The translations under genes and the position numbers were made by a program. Under the pieces are notes generated by a model. It ran no database searches, was not told the DNA's origin, and worked only from the letters and a program-made list of their open reading frames with translations. DNA of 64,000 nt. Source: Alphaproteobacteria bacterium. Its GTDB lineage: Bacteria > Pseudomonadota > Alphaproteobacteria > Bin95. Shown one piece after another: positions 51,227-61,066 of this stretch (its first letter is position 1; the number at the start of each line of letters is the position of its first letter). The stretch is taken from contig OZ219786.1 of assembly GCA_964291285.2 (NCBI GenBank), positions 960,001 to 1,024,000 on the forward strand. The letters are read 5' to 3'.

Positions 51227-52471
51227 ATGGACAGCAAACCGTCCTTCGCAGTCGTGGGCGCCGGCATGGTCGGCGCCTGCTGCGCGCTCTACCTCCAGAG
51301 CGAGGGATTCGACGTTACCCTGGTGGACCGCGGCGGGCCGGGCGAGGAGGCCTCCTTCGGCAATCTCGGCGGCTTCGGCGTGGCCTCCTGCCCGCCGGCC
51401 GCCATGCCGGGCGTGCTCCGAAAGGTGCCGGGCATGCTGCTGGATGCGGACGCGCCGCTGAAACTCCGCTGGGGCCATGCGGTGAAGGCCCTGCCCTGGT
51501 TCCTCCGATTCACCGCCAATGCCCGCCGGGACCGGGTCGAGGCGAACGCCGCCGCCCGGCAGAGCCTGCTCGACAAGGTGCATGAGGCGGTCGATCCGCT
51601 GATCGCGGAGGCGGGCGCAACGCACCTGATGAGCCGCACCGGGCTCATGTTCACCTTCGAGAGCGAAGAGAGTTTCCGGGCCGCGTCCTACGCCTTCGAC
51701 CTCCGCCGGCGCAACGGCGTGCAGATGGACCTGCTCGACGGCGACGAGGCGCGCCAGGTACAGCCCGCGCTCAGCCCCGCAGTGGTTCGGGCATACCGCG
51801 TTGCCGACTTCTCGCACACGGTGGACCCCGGCGGGCTGGTGAAGGCGCTGGCCTCGCTGTTCGAGCAGCGCGGCGGCCGGCTGGAGCGGCGGACAGTGCG
51901 CAGTTTCGACCTCGGCCCGGACGGCGTGCGCGCGCTCAGGACAGATGCGGGCGACATGCCGGTCGGGAATGTCGTGGTGGCGGCCGGCGTCTGGTCCAGG
52001 CGGCTTGCGGCCATGCTCGGCGCGCGCGTGCCCCTGGAAGCCGAGCGCGGCTACCACGCCATGTTCCGCGACACGGACGTTTCCATGAACGGCGGCATCA
52101 TCTCTGTGGACCGGTATCTAGCAGTGACGCCGATGGCCGACGGCGTGCGCGTCGGCGGTGTCGCCGAGTTCGCGCCCCCGGAGGCGCCGCCGGACCCGCG
52201 GATTGCCGCGCGCGTCCGCCGCCACGGGGAAGCGCTGTTTCCCGGCCTGAAGGGCGGGCGCGTCACCGAGTGGGTGGGCCCGCGCCCCTCGCATCCGGAC
52301 TCGAAGCCGGTCATCGGTCGCTCGCCGCGCTTCCCCAATGCCTATTTCGCCTTCGGTCACGACCATCTGGGCCTCACCATGGGCGGCATCACCGGAAAGC
52401 TGATCGCCGAGCTCGCCGCCGGCCGCCCGCCGGGCGTGGACCTCGCGCCCTTCCGCCCGGACAGGTTCTAG
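51227..52471 (+). CDS. FAD-dependent D-amino acid dehydrogenase (DAO family)
   Basis: GAGMVG, ASFGN.G, ERGYH, G.RP..PDS.PVIG, FGHDHLGLT. Confidence 0.88.
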   Translation: MDSKPSFAVVGAGMVGACCALYLQSEGFDVTLVDRGGPGEEASFGNLGGFGVASCPPAAMPGVLRKVPGMLLDADAPLKLRWGHAVKALPWFLRFTANARRDRVEANAAARQSLLDKVHEAVDPLIAEAGATHLMSRTGLMFTFESEESFRAASYAFDLRRRNGVQMDLLDGDEARQVQPALSPAVVRAYRVADFSHTVDPGGLVKALASLFEQRGGRLERRTVRSFDLGPDGVRALRTDAGDMPVGNVVVAAGVWSRRLAAMLGARVPLEAERGYHAMFRDTDVSMNGGIISVDRYLAVTPMADGVRVGGVAEFAPPEAPPDPRIAARVRRHGEALFPGLKGGRVTEWVGPRPSHPDSKPVIGRSPRFPNAYFAFGHDHLGLTMGGITGKLIAELAAGRPPGVDLAPFRPDRF

Positions 52472-52472
52472 C

Positions 52473-53396
52473 CTAGACCCGCGCGAGCCGAGCCCAAGCG
52501 ACGTCGTCCGGGGGAAGGCCGAGGCGGAAGCGGCCCGGCATGTCCGGGAAGCTGCGCACCCAGAGGCCCTGGCGGGCGAAGCGCGCCACGCCGCCTTCGC
52601 CGGCGACGAAGCGGAACAGCGGCGTGCCGCCCAGCAGTTCGAAGCCTCGCGCGGCCAGCGCCTCGTCCAGCCGCGCGGCGGCCCGCTCAAGGCGGATGCG
52701 GGTTTCCGCGGCCCAGGCCCCGTCGCGATAGGCACGGGTGCCGAGTTCGAGCGCGGGGCCGGAGACGGGCCAGGGGCCGAGCCGGGCCTCCAGCCTGTCC
52801 AGCAGTTCGGCCGGCCCCAGCGCAAAACCGAGCCGGAGCCCCGGCAGGCCGTAGAACTTGCCGAAGGACCGCAGCACGACGACATGCCGATGCGCCGCGA
52901 GCGAAAGCTCCGGGGTCGGATCGACGAAGGACTCGTCCACGACCAGCAGGCCGCACTCCACCGCGAGAAGCTCTTCGGGACGCCAGCGACGGCCGTCGGG
53001 ATTGTTCGGATTGGCGACGACCAGCACATCGGCCGGCTCCGGCTCCGCGACCGGGCGCACCCGGCGGCCCGCCGCCTCCCATGCCGGGGCGTGTTCATTG
53101 TAGGTGGGCGAGACGACCGCGACATCGCCCGGCGGCGCGCAGAAGGGCAGGTGCTGGATCGCCGCCTGCGCGCCCGGCACCGGCAGCGCCCGGCTTGCGC
53201 CGAAGGCCCGCGCGGCAACGGCGGCAAGATCGTCAAGCCCCTCTTCCGAAGGCAGCCGCGTCAGCGCCTCGGGCGGAAGCGCCAGCGCGGGCCAGGGCCA
53301 GGGGTTGACGCCGGTGGAGAGGTCGATCCAGCCGCCCTCCGGCTCGCCGAAGGCCCGGCGGGCATCGCCCAGGTCCCCGCCATGGGGACGCTTCAC
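52473..53396 (-). CDS. Threonine-phosphate decarboxylase (cobalamin CobC/CobD type)
   Basis: HGGDL, DLSTGVNP, NPNNPDG, VDESF.D, RSFGKFYGL.GLRLG, GPWPVSGPAL. Confidence 0.88.
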   Translation of the reverse strand: MKRPHGGDLGDARRAFGEPEGGWIDLSTGVNPWPWPALALPPEALTRLPSEEGLDDLAAVAARAFGASRALPVPGAQAAIQHLPFCAPPGDVAVVSPTYNEHAPAWEAAGRRVRPVAEPEPADVLVVANPNNPDGRRWRPEELLAVECGLLVVDESFVDPTPELSLAAHRHVVVLRSFGKFYGLPGLRLGFALGPAELLDRLEARLGPWPVSGPALELGTRAYRDGAWAAETRIRLERAAARLDEALAARGFELLGGTPLFRFVAGEGGVARFARQGLWVRSFPDMPGRFRLGLPPDDVAWARLARV

Positions 53397-53998
53397 GCGG
53401 CGGCGAGCGCGCGCTCGACGAAATCCAGCCGGTCCTGGCCCCAGAAGATTTCGCCATCCACGACATAGCTCGGAATGCCGAACACGCCGCGCGCCAGCGC
53501 CTCGTCGGTATTCGCGCCGAAGCGCTCCAGTGTTTCCGTGTCGTCGGCGGCGCGGAGCAGGATGTCGCCGGGCAGGCCGCATTCCTCGCAGATGGCGGTC
53601 AGGACGCCCTTGTCGGCGATGTCCCGGTCCTCGGCCCAGACGGCGCGCGGCAGCGCCAGCACGAGCGGGGCCACATCCGCGCCGAACCGGTCGGCGGCCA
53701 CCACCACGCGCGCCGCCAGATGCTGCGAGACGGGGTAGTAGCGCGGCTCGTCGGAGAGCGGCAGGCCGTAGAACGCAGCCCAGCGCTCCATGTCGCGCTT
53801 GCCGTAGGCCCGGTGCAGTTCCGAGCGTTCCGGCGGGTCGTCCATGCCGATCAGCCTGAGCATCATCTCCCGGAGGTCCACCGGGTGGTAGACGATGCTT
53901 GCGTCCTGCCTCCCGGCGATCTCCTCAAGCCGGCGCTGGCTGAGATAGACCCAGGGCGAGTTCATGCAGAAGAAATAGTCGACGGTCTTGCCGGCCAT
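53393..53998 (-). CDS. 2-hydroxychromene-2-carboxylate isomerase / kappa-GST (DsbA family), paralog 1
   Basis: SPWVYL, GVFGIPS, FWGQDRL. Confidence 0.85.
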   Translation of the reverse strand: MAGKTVDYFFCMNSPWVYLSQRRLEEIAGRQDASIVYHPVDLREMMLRLIGMDDPPERSELHRAYGKRDMERWAAFYGLPLSDEPRYYPVSQHLAARVVVAADRFGADVAPLVLALPRAVWAEDRDIADKGVLTAICEECGLPGDILLRAADDTETLERFGANTDEALARGVFGIPSYVVDGEIFWGQDRLDFVERALAAA

Positions 53999-54005
53999 GG
54001 GGGCC

Positions 54006-54638
54006 TCACGCCTCCTCGGGCAGCGCGATCGGCTCGGTCTCGCCCGCCAGCGCCCGGGCGAGGAAGTCCAGCCGGTGTTGGCCCCAGAACGGCTCGCCCC
54101 GCCAGACATAGGTGGGCGCGCCGAACACGCCGGCGGCCTTGGCCTGCCCGGTCTGCGCCCGGTAACGCTCCTGCACTGCATCGCTGCCGGCTTCCGCGAG
54201 CAGCGCCGCCCCGTCGAATCCGGCCGCATCGGCGATGGCCGCGAGGTCGCCGTCATCGCCGATATTGCGGTCCTCGGCCCACACGCCGCGCATCAGCGCG
54301 CGCGCCAGCGCCGCCGCGTCGAGGCCGCCCATGACGGCTGCGACCGCCATGCAATTGGCCCGGTCCGCCGGGGCCGGGAAATGCTTCGGATGGACGTTGA
54401 GGTCCGCGCCGCGCCGCGCCCGCCAGCGCTGCAACTCGACCAGCCGGTAGGCCCGGCGCTGCGGAGCGCGCTGCGGCAGCGGCAGCCCGCCGGAAGTCGA
54501 GAACACGTCGGCGAGGTCCACCGGCAGGATGTCCACGGCGACGCCGTGCTTGCGGCAGAGCGCCATCGCCTCGTCATGGCCGAGATATGTCCAGGGCGAG
54601 GCCATGGTGAAGTAGTAGGAAAGTCGTTCGTCCGGCAT
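54006..54638 (-). CDS. HCCA isomerase / kappa-GST (DsbA family), paralog 2
   Basis: SPWTYLG, GVFGAPT, FWGQHRL. Confidence 0.85.
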   Translation of the reverse strand: MPDERLSYYFTMASPWTYLGHDEAMALCRKHGVAVDILPVDLADVFSTSGGLPLPQRAPQRRAYRLVELQRWRARRGADLNVHPKHFPAPADRANCMAVAAVMGGLDAAALARALMRGVWAEDRNIGDDGDLAAIADAAGFDGAALLAEAGSDAVQERYRAQTGQAKAAGVFGAPTYVWRGEPFWGQHRLDFLARALAGETEPIALPEEA

Positions 54639-54656
54639 CGGTTCCATGCTCCGGGT

Positions 54657-55589
54657 TCAGGCGAGGATTCGTTTGAGCCAAAGGGCGCCGTCGGCAAGGC
54701 AGCGCTCCGCCTTGGCGACCGAGGCGGCGGCCCTCAGGAATCCGTGGGTGACGCCCTCATAGAGCGCATATTCGGTGTCCACGCCGGCGAGCCGGGCCTT
54801 TTCGGCCAGTGCCAGGCTCTCGTCCGCCAGCACGTCCAGCTCCGCCGCGGCAATGCGCAGCGGCGGCAGGCCGGCAAGCTCCGCGCGGAGCGGCGCCGCC
54901 AGCGGATGGGTCATCTGGTCGGGCGAGCGCACATAGTTGTTCCAGAAGAAGCGCATGAGCCGCGTCGAGAGATAGAGGTCGCCGCTCCCGTAGAGCCGGT
55001 AGCTCCCGCGGGTGAAATCGCTGTCGAACACGCCGTAGTTGAGCAGCGCGCCGCGAAGCCAGTCCTCGCCCTCGTCGCGGAGCATGAGTGCTGCGGCGAG
55101 CGCCAGGTTGCCGCCGGCCGAGTCCCCGCCGACGGCGATCCGGTCCGGGTCGATGCCCCACTCCTCCGCCCGGGCGCGCACCGCCCTGAGCGCCGCCACG
55201 CACTCGTGCAGCGCCTGGGGAAACTTGTATTCCGGGGAGAGCGAATAGTCGGGCGCGATGACGGCCGCGCCCGCGCGGGCGGCATATTCCCGCGCCGTGC
55301 GGTCGCCGGTATAGATCGTGTTCCAGGTCCAGCCGCCGCCGTGCAGCAGCACGAAGGCCGGCAGCGGCCCGTCGGCCTCGGGCATGTTGAAGCGCGCGAG
55401 GATGAGCCGCCCCGGCCCCTCCAGCGCGCGGTCCACGGCCTCGCGCATGGGCGGCCCGCCGGCGGCATAGCCGATGCGCCCGGCCTCCATCGCCCGGCGC
55501 ATCTGCGGCAGCGGCGTCCCGAGCGGGTCCATCTCCTGCGTCGCGTTGTCGGTTGTCGCGTCGAGGAAGGCCCGCATCTCCGGGTCCAT
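54657..55589 (-). CDS. HSL-family alpha/beta hydrolase (acetyl esterase-like)
   Basis: HGGGW, DY.LSPE..FP, GDSAGGNL, DVL.DE, HGF. Confidence 0.9.
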   Translation of the reverse strand: MDPEMRAFLDATTDNATQEMDPLGTPLPQMRRAMEAGRIGYAAGGPPMREAVDRALEGPGRLILARFNMPEADGPLPAFVLLHGGGWTWNTIYTGDRTAREYAARAGAAVIAPDYSLSPEYKFPQALHECVAALRAVRARAEEWGIDPDRIAVGGDSAGGNLALAAALMLRDEGEDWLRGALLNYGVFDSDFTRGSYRLYGSGDLYLSTRLMRFFWNNYVRSPDQMTHPLAAPLRAELAGLPPLRIAAAELDVLADESLALAEKARLAGVDTEYALYEGVTHGFLRAAASVAKAERCLADGALWLKRILA

Positions 55590-55734
55590 CGGCGCCCGTT
55601 CCCGCAGCCCGCTCACCCGGCGTCCGCCCGTTCGACAATCGGCCTGCTGCGTGCCATTTTCCGTCCCCTCCCGCGAGCCGCGGCAGTCTGTTCGCAAACC
55701 GCGCCGCATTCAAGGACGACGGACCGTTGCAGCC

Positions 55735-56337
55735 ATGACCGATGCCCCCGCGCTGACCGTCTATATCGACGTCAAGAGCCCCTACGCCTATCTCTCCATC
55801 GCGCCGACCCGGGCGCTGGCGGCGGAGTTCGGCATCCGCCCGGTCTGGAAGCCCTATACGCTGGAGATCCCCGATTTCCTGGGCGCCGTGGAGACCCGCA
55901 ACCCGCACCAGTGGCGCCGCGTGCTCTACAGCTACATGGATGCGCGGCGGCTCGCCAACCAGGTCGGGCTGACGGTGCGCGGCCCGCAGAAGATATTCGA
56001 CAGCTCCATCGCCCATATCGGCATGCTGCGCGCCCAGGACCACGGGCGGTTCGAGCCCTATATCGACCGCGTGTTCGAGCGCTTCTGGAAGCGCGAACTG
56101 GACATCGAGGACCCGGCCGTCATCGCCTCGGTGCTGGAGGAGGCGGGCGCGCCCGCTGCCGATTTCGCCGAATGGGCGGCGGGCGAGGGCCGGCGGCGCC
56201 ACGACGCCAACCAGAAGGAGGCGGAGGAAGCCGGCATATTCGGCGTGCCGAGCTATCTCTTCAGGGAAGAATTATTCTGGGGCGGGGACCGCCTCGGCAT
56301 GTTGCGCGAACGGATCGAGGAGGCGCTCGCCCGGTGA
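55735..56337 (+). CDS. HCCA isomerase / DsbA family, paralog 3
   Basis: DVKSPYAYL, GIFGVPS, FWGGDRL. Confidence 0.85.
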   Translation: MTDAPALTVYIDVKSPYAYLSIAPTRALAAEFGIRPVWKPYTLEIPDFLGAVETRNPHQWRRVLYSYMDARRLANQVGLTVRGPQKIFDSSIAHIGMLRAQDHGRFEPYIDRVFERFWKRELDIEDPAVIASVLEEAGAPAADFAEWAAGEGRRRHDANQKEAEEAGIFGVPSYLFREELFWGGDRLGMLRERIEEALAR

Positions 56338-57257
56338 TCGAACTCTGGATTCCGGTCACGATCTTCGCCGCCTTCTGCCAGAACCTCCGAAGCGCCGTCC
56401 AGAAGCACCTCAAGGGCTCGCTCTCCAACACGGGGGCTACTTTCTCGCGGTTCGGCTACGGGTTTCCGGTGCTGGTCGCCTATGTGCTGGCGCTGCATTA
56501 CGGCGCCGGGATGGAGTTGCCGGCGCCGCGGGCGGAGTTCTTCATTTACGGCCTTGTCGGCGGTGTAACGCAGATCGGCGCCACCTTCTGCCTGGTGTGG
56601 CTGTTCTCCTTCCGCGACTTCGCGGTCGGCACCACCTATTCCAAGACGGAAACCGTGCAAGCGGCGCTGTTCGGGCTGGTCATCCTCGGCGACGGCGTGG
56701 GTCTGGCCGGGGCCGTGGCAATCTTCGTCAGCCTGATCGGGGTCGTGCTGCTCTCCACCGCGAAGAGCGAACTCGACTGGCGCAGGCTGTGGCTCGGCTG
56801 GACCGAGCGGACGGCGCTCATCGGCATCTTCTCCGGCACGCTGTTCGGCGTCTCCGCGGTTACCTTCCGGGCGGCCTCGCTCTCGCTCGGGGACCCTGCG
56901 TCGGGGCAAGGGCCGGGCTTCCTGATGCAGGCGGGCTTCACGCTTGCCTTCGTCATCCTCGCCCAGACGGTCGGCATGGCGCTGTGGATGGCGTGGCGGG
57001 AGCCCGGCCAGCTCGGCGCCGTGCTGCGGTCCTGGCGCTGGGCGAGCCTCGCGGGCTTCGCCGGCGCGCTCTCCTCCATCGGCTGGTTCACCGCCATGAC
57101 GCTCCAGAACGTCGCCTATGTCCGCGCGCTCGGCCAGATCGAGCTGGTCTTCACCTTCGCCGCCGGCATCCTCATCTTCAAGGAGCGCAGTTCGCGCCTC
57201 GAAATCACCGGCATCCTCCTGGTCGTAGCCGGCATCCTCATCCTGGTGAGCGGGTGA
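56334..57257 (+). CDS. DMT/EamA family transporter
   Basis: About 10 TM segments; RS..QK.L, FAVG..YSKTE, YVRALGQIE. Confidence 0.85.
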   Translation: MIELWIPVTIFAAFCQNLRSAVQKHLKGSLSNTGATFSRFGYGFPVLVAYVLALHYGAGMELPAPRAEFFIYGLVGGVTQIGATFCLVWLFSFRDFAVGTTYSKTETVQAALFGLVILGDGVGLAGAVAIFVSLIGVVLLSTAKSELDWRRLWLGWTERTALIGIFSGTLFGVSAVTFRAASLSLGDPASGQGPGFLMQAGFTLAFVILAQTVGMALWMAWREPGQLGAVLRSWRWASLAGFAGALSSIGWFTAMTLQNVAYVRALGQIELVFTFAAGILIFKERSSRLEITGILLVVAGILILVSG

Positions 57258-57388
57258 GGCGTCCACCCGCCGGGGCCTGTACGGCGCGCCCGGGGCGATG
57301 ATTGCGGCGCGGAGACCGGGCCACCGCGGCCGTGCGGATTGTGCGGCGCGGGGGTTTTGCTACAGTCCCGGCGGCAAGGAGGCAGGCA

Positions 57389-58282
57389 ATGGCTGAGTTC
57401 GGTCCGGGCGCGATCCGGGGAATCGTGCCGCCCATGACGACGCCGTTTTCGGCGGATGGCGCAATCGAGGAGGCGGCGTTCCGGGCGGAGGCGCGCTTCC
57501 TGCTGGGCGCCGGCGTCCACGGCCTTGCGGTCGCGGGCAGCACAGGCGAGGGCCATGCGCTCTCCACCGACGAGGTCTGCCGGTTGACGGCAATGGCGGT
57601 CGAGGAGGCGGACGGGCGCGTGCCCGTCGTCGCCGGGATCATCGTCGATTCGACGGCGCAGGCCGTCGAGCGCGGCCGGGCGGCGGCGGAGGCCGGAGCG
57701 GCCGCGCTGCAGGTCACGCCCGTGCACTACCTCTTCCGGCCCGACGACGCCCACATGAAGGAGCATTTCCGCGAGATGGCGGACGCCGTCGCCTCGCCCA
57801 TCATCATCTACAATGTCGTGCCCTGGACCTATCTCTCGCCGGAACTCCTGGTCGAGATCATGACGGACATTCCGGGTGTGGTCGGCGTCAAGCAGAGCGC
57901 GGGCGACCTCAAGCTGTTCGCCGACCTGATGGCGACCGCCCCGGAGGGCTCCCGCATCATGAGCGCGGTCGATGCGCTCATGTATCCGTCGTTCACGCTC
58001 GGCGCACACGGCGCGGTCGCGGCGATCCTGACGGCCGCGCCCAGGGCGTCCGTGATCCTCTGGGACGCGGTGGCGGACGGCGACCACGCCGCGGCGCTGG
58101 ACCTGCATCTCAGGCTGCTCGCGCTCTGGAACGCGATGATCGACGACAACCTGCCGGCGGCGGTCAAGGCGGCGCTCGACTTCCAGGGCCTTGCGGGCGG
58201 CCTGCCGCGCCGGCCGATGCCGGCCGCGTCCAACAGCCAGCGCAGCGCCATCGCCGCGGCGCTGAAGGAGTTGCCGCAATGA
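57389..58282 (+). CDS. DapA/N-acetylneuraminate lyase family aldolase
   Basis: TPF, GSTGE, IYNV, GVKQS. Confidence 0.88.
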   Translation: MAEFGPGAIRGIVPPMTTPFSADGAIEEAAFRAEARFLLGAGVHGLAVAGSTGEGHALSTDEVCRLTAMAVEEADGRVPVVAGIIVDSTAQAVERGRAAAEAGAAALQVTPVHYLFRPDDAHMKEHFREMADAVASPIIIYNVVPWTYLSPELLVEIMTDIPGVVGVKQSAGDLKLFADLMATAPEGSRIMSAVDALMYPSFTLGAHGAVAAILTAAPRASVILWDAVADGDHAAALDLHLRLLALWNAMIDDNLPAAVKAALDFQGLAGGLPRRPMPAASNSQRSAIAAALKELPQ

Positions 58283-59538
58283 GCGCGGTCGGGACTCCCG
58301 GCGACATCATGCCGGCCTGGCCGGAGGGCGGCGTCTCCCGCGTGCCCTACCGGCTCTTCTCGGACCGCGACGTCTATGCGCTGGAGCAGGAGCGGCTCTT
58401 CCGGGGGCCGGTCTGGAACTATCTCTGCCTGGAGCTGGAGGTGGCGGAGCCGGGCGACTTCCGCACCGCCTTCATCGGCGAGACGCCCATCGTCGTCGCG
58501 CGGGACGAGACGGGCGCGCTGCGCGGCATGGTCAACCGCTGCGCGCACAAGGGCGCGCTGGTCTGCCTCGCCGAACGGGGCAACCGCAAGCACTTCTCCT
58601 GCATCTACCACTCCTGGACCTACCATCTCGACGGGCGGCTCCGGGGCGTGGCCTTCCGCGGCGGGCTGAAGGGCAAGGGCGGCATGCCGGAGGATTTCGA
58701 CCCCGCCCGCCACCGCATGCAGCCGATCCGCGTCGAGACATTCTGCGGCCTGGTCTTCGGCACCTTCGAGCCCGACATGCCCCCGGTCGAGGAATGGGTC
58801 GGGCCGACCATGGCGCATTTCCTCAAGCGCAATCTCGGCTCGCGCCCGCTGAAGGTGCTCGGCACCCACAGCCAGATCATCCACAACAACTGGAAGCTCT
58901 ACGCCGAGAATGTGCGCGATTCCTACCACGCCACCCTGCTGCACACCTTCTACACCACCTTCAAGGTGAACCGGCTGGACATGGACGGCGGCATCCTGCT
59001 CTCGGAAGGCACGCCCTGGCACCATATCAGCTACGCCAAGCGCGCCACTTTCGAGGAGGCGGCGGAATACACCGAGGCGCAGGTCCATTCGGCCAGCTAC
59101 GATTCGAAGCTCAACGGCCCGGAGCTTCTGAAGACCGAGGACGAATTCGACGACGGGATTACGCACTCCGTCCAGTCGATCTTCCCGACGCTCGCGGTGC
59201 ATTTCACCCTGAACTCGCTCTGCGTGCGCAATTTCGTGCCGCGCGGGCTGGAGGAGACCGAGCTCGTCTGGACCTATCTCGGCTATGCGGACGACAGCGA
59301 GGAGATGACGGCCATGCGCGTGCTGCAGGCGAACCTGACGGGCGCGGCCGGGCTGGTCTCGCTGGAGGACGGCTGCATCAACGAGTTCGTCCAGCGCGGC
59401 ACCAGGGGCAGCGGCGACGCGGCGGCCGTGCTGGAGATGGGCGGGCGCGGGCTCGAGTCGAGCGAAAGCTCGCGCGCCACGGAAGTCTCGATCCGGGGCT
59501 TCTGGAGCGGCTATCGCGGCCTGATGGGCTACGCATGA
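58279..59538 (+). CDS. Rieske ring-hydroxylating oxygenase alpha subunit (salicylate 5-hydroxylase NagG-like)
   Basis: NRCAHKG...C.YHSW, NWK...EN.RDSYHATLLH, G.AG.VS.ED. Confidence 0.9.
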   Translation: MSAVGTPGDIMPAWPEGGVSRVPYRLFSDRDVYALEQERLFRGPVWNYLCLELEVAEPGDFRTAFIGETPIVVARDETGALRGMVNRCAHKGALVCLAERGNRKHFSCIYHSWTYHLDGRLRGVAFRGGLKGKGGMPEDFDPARHRMQPIRVETFCGLVFGTFEPDMPPVEEWVGPTMAHFLKRNLGSRPLKVLGTHSQIIHNNWKLYAENVRDSYHATLLHTFYTTFKVNRLDMDGGILLSEGTPWHHISYAKRATFEEAAEYTEAQVHSASYDSKLNGPELLKTEDEFDDGITHSVQSIFPTLAVHFTLNSLCVRNFVPRGLEETELVWTYLGYADDSEEMTAMRVLQANLTGAAGLVSLEDGCINEFVQRGTRGSGDAAAVLEMGGRGLESSESSRATEVSIRGFWSGYRGLMGYA

Positions 59539-60008
59539 TCGACGCGGAAGCGCGCCAGCGGATCGAGGACTTCCTGCTTGACTGCGCCTGGGCCATCGAC
59601 GAGGACGAACTGGAGGCCTGGCCGGGCTTCTTCGCGGGCGACGGACGCTACCGCATCACCACGCGCGACAATGAGGAGCGCGGCCTGCCGGTCGGCATCA
59701 TGCTCTGCGAGGGGCGCGGCATGATGGAGGACCGGGTGCTGGCGCTGCGCACCGCCAACATCTTCGAGCCGCACCGCTACCGGCACATTCTCGGCCGTCC
59801 GCGCCTGCGCGAGGCCGAAGACGGGCTGGTCCGCTCCGACAGCAGCTTCATCGTCATGCGCACCATGCAGGACGGCCGCATGGACCTGTTCGCCGCCGGC
59901 AATTACCGCGACCTGCTGCGCGTGGAAGACGGCCGGGTGCTGTTCCAGGAGCGCGCGGCGGTGCTCGAATCCCGCCGCGTGGATGTGCTGATCGTCATTC
60001 CGATATGA
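59535..60008 (+). CDS. Ring-hydroxylating oxygenase beta subunit (NagH-like)
   Basis: ID.D.LE.WP.FF, M..DRV, FEP..YRH; 4-nt overlap with the alpha subunit. Confidence 0.88.
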   Translation: MIDAEARQRIEDFLLDCAWAIDEDELEAWPGFFAGDGRYRITTRDNEERGLPVGIMLCEGRGMMEDRVLALRTANIFEPHRYRHILGRPRLREAEDGLVRSDSSFIVMRTMQDGRMDLFAAGNYRDLLRVEDGRVLFQERAAVLESRRVDVLIVIPI

Positions 60009-60027
60009 CGGGCTGGAGGGCTCGGTG

Positions 60028-61047
60028 ATGCAACCCTTGACCGACTCGACCGGGATTCAAGACAACGGGCTGAAGCTGCGAGAGCGGGCGGAGGCGGATG
60101 GCTATGTGCTGGTCCGGGGCCTGCTGCCGCGCTCGGTGCTGGAGGAGATCGCGGCTGAAATTGCCAGGCCGATGGCCGATGCCGGCTGGATCGAACCGGG
60201 CGCACCGCTGGCGAGCGCGAAGCCCGACCTCTCGAAATTCTGCGTGGAGCCGCAGCCGCCTTTCATGGAGGTCTTCTACAGGCAGCTGTCGCTGCGCTCG
60301 CTGCATGCGCTCAAGCTGCACGAGAACCTGATGGGCTTCTTCGGGAGGCTGTTCGGCGAGGAGGCGTTCTGCCCGCCGCATTTCGTGATGCGGCTGGCCT
60401 TCCCCTGCAGGGACGAATACGCGACCCCGGCGCACCAGGACTACACGCATTTCGAGGGCAGCCGGCGCAACTGGGCCGCCTGGATTCCCTTCACCGACAT
60501 CGACGAGAAGCGCGGCGGCCTTGCCGTCGCGGCCGGCTCGCACAAGGGCGGCGTGCTGGACATGCGCCCGGCCTTGGGCGCGGGGCAGATGGTCATCGAC
60601 GCGGACCTCGACGCCTGCGACTGGCGCTGGAGCCCGATGCAGGTCGGCGACGTGCTCATCCACAACTGCCAGACGATCCACAAGGGCCTGCCGAACTCGT
60701 CGGGCGCGATGCGGGTCTCCATGGACTGCCGCTACCAGCCGCTGTCGGAACCCGTGGGCGAGAAATATCTCGGCGTTTCGCACCAGATGCGAAGCTGGGA
60801 AGACCTTTACGCCGGTTGGGAGGAGGACGACCCGCTCAAATATTACTGGCGGGACCTCCCCCTGACGGTCCAGCCCTTCGAATATCGCTGGTACGACCGG
60901 CGGGACGAACGCGCCATCGAAATGGGCGAAGCCGGAGACCCGGAAGCCCTCCTCGCGCTCGAAAACATATCCCTGAAGCACCGCTCCCCGGCGGTCCGGC
61001 ACCGGGCCGAGGCCGCCCTGTCACGCCTGCAGGCGGCGTCGGGCTGA
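60028..61047 (+). CDS. PhyH family dioxygenase
   Basis: DGYV, TPAHQD, AWIP, GSH, GDVL, H, R.S.D.RYQ. Confidence 0.85.
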   Translation: MQPLTDSTGIQDNGLKLRERAEADGYVLVRGLLPRSVLEEIAAEIARPMADAGWIEPGAPLASAKPDLSKFCVEPQPPFMEVFYRQLSLRSLHALKLHENLMGFFGRLFGEEAFCPPHFVMRLAFPCRDEYATPAHQDYTHFEGSRRNWAAWIPFTDIDEKRGGLAVAAGSHKGGVLDMRPALGAGQMVIDADLDACDWRWSPMQVGDVLIHNCQTIHKGLPNSSGAMRVSMDCRYQPLSEPVGEKYLGVSHQMRSWEDLYAGWEEDDPLKYYWRDLPLTVQPFEYRWYDRRDERAIEMGEAGDPEALLALENISLKHRSPAVRHRAEAALSRLQAASG

Positions 61048-61066
61048 GCGGGCAACGGTCCGGCCG

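Noticed and set aside
53988-57257. Apparent 1089-aa ORF and similar apparent fusions (7230-9557, 10034-11809, 58794-60008)
   Set aside because: Only the C-terminal parts are real genes; the upstream frames are open by chance and overlap other genes.
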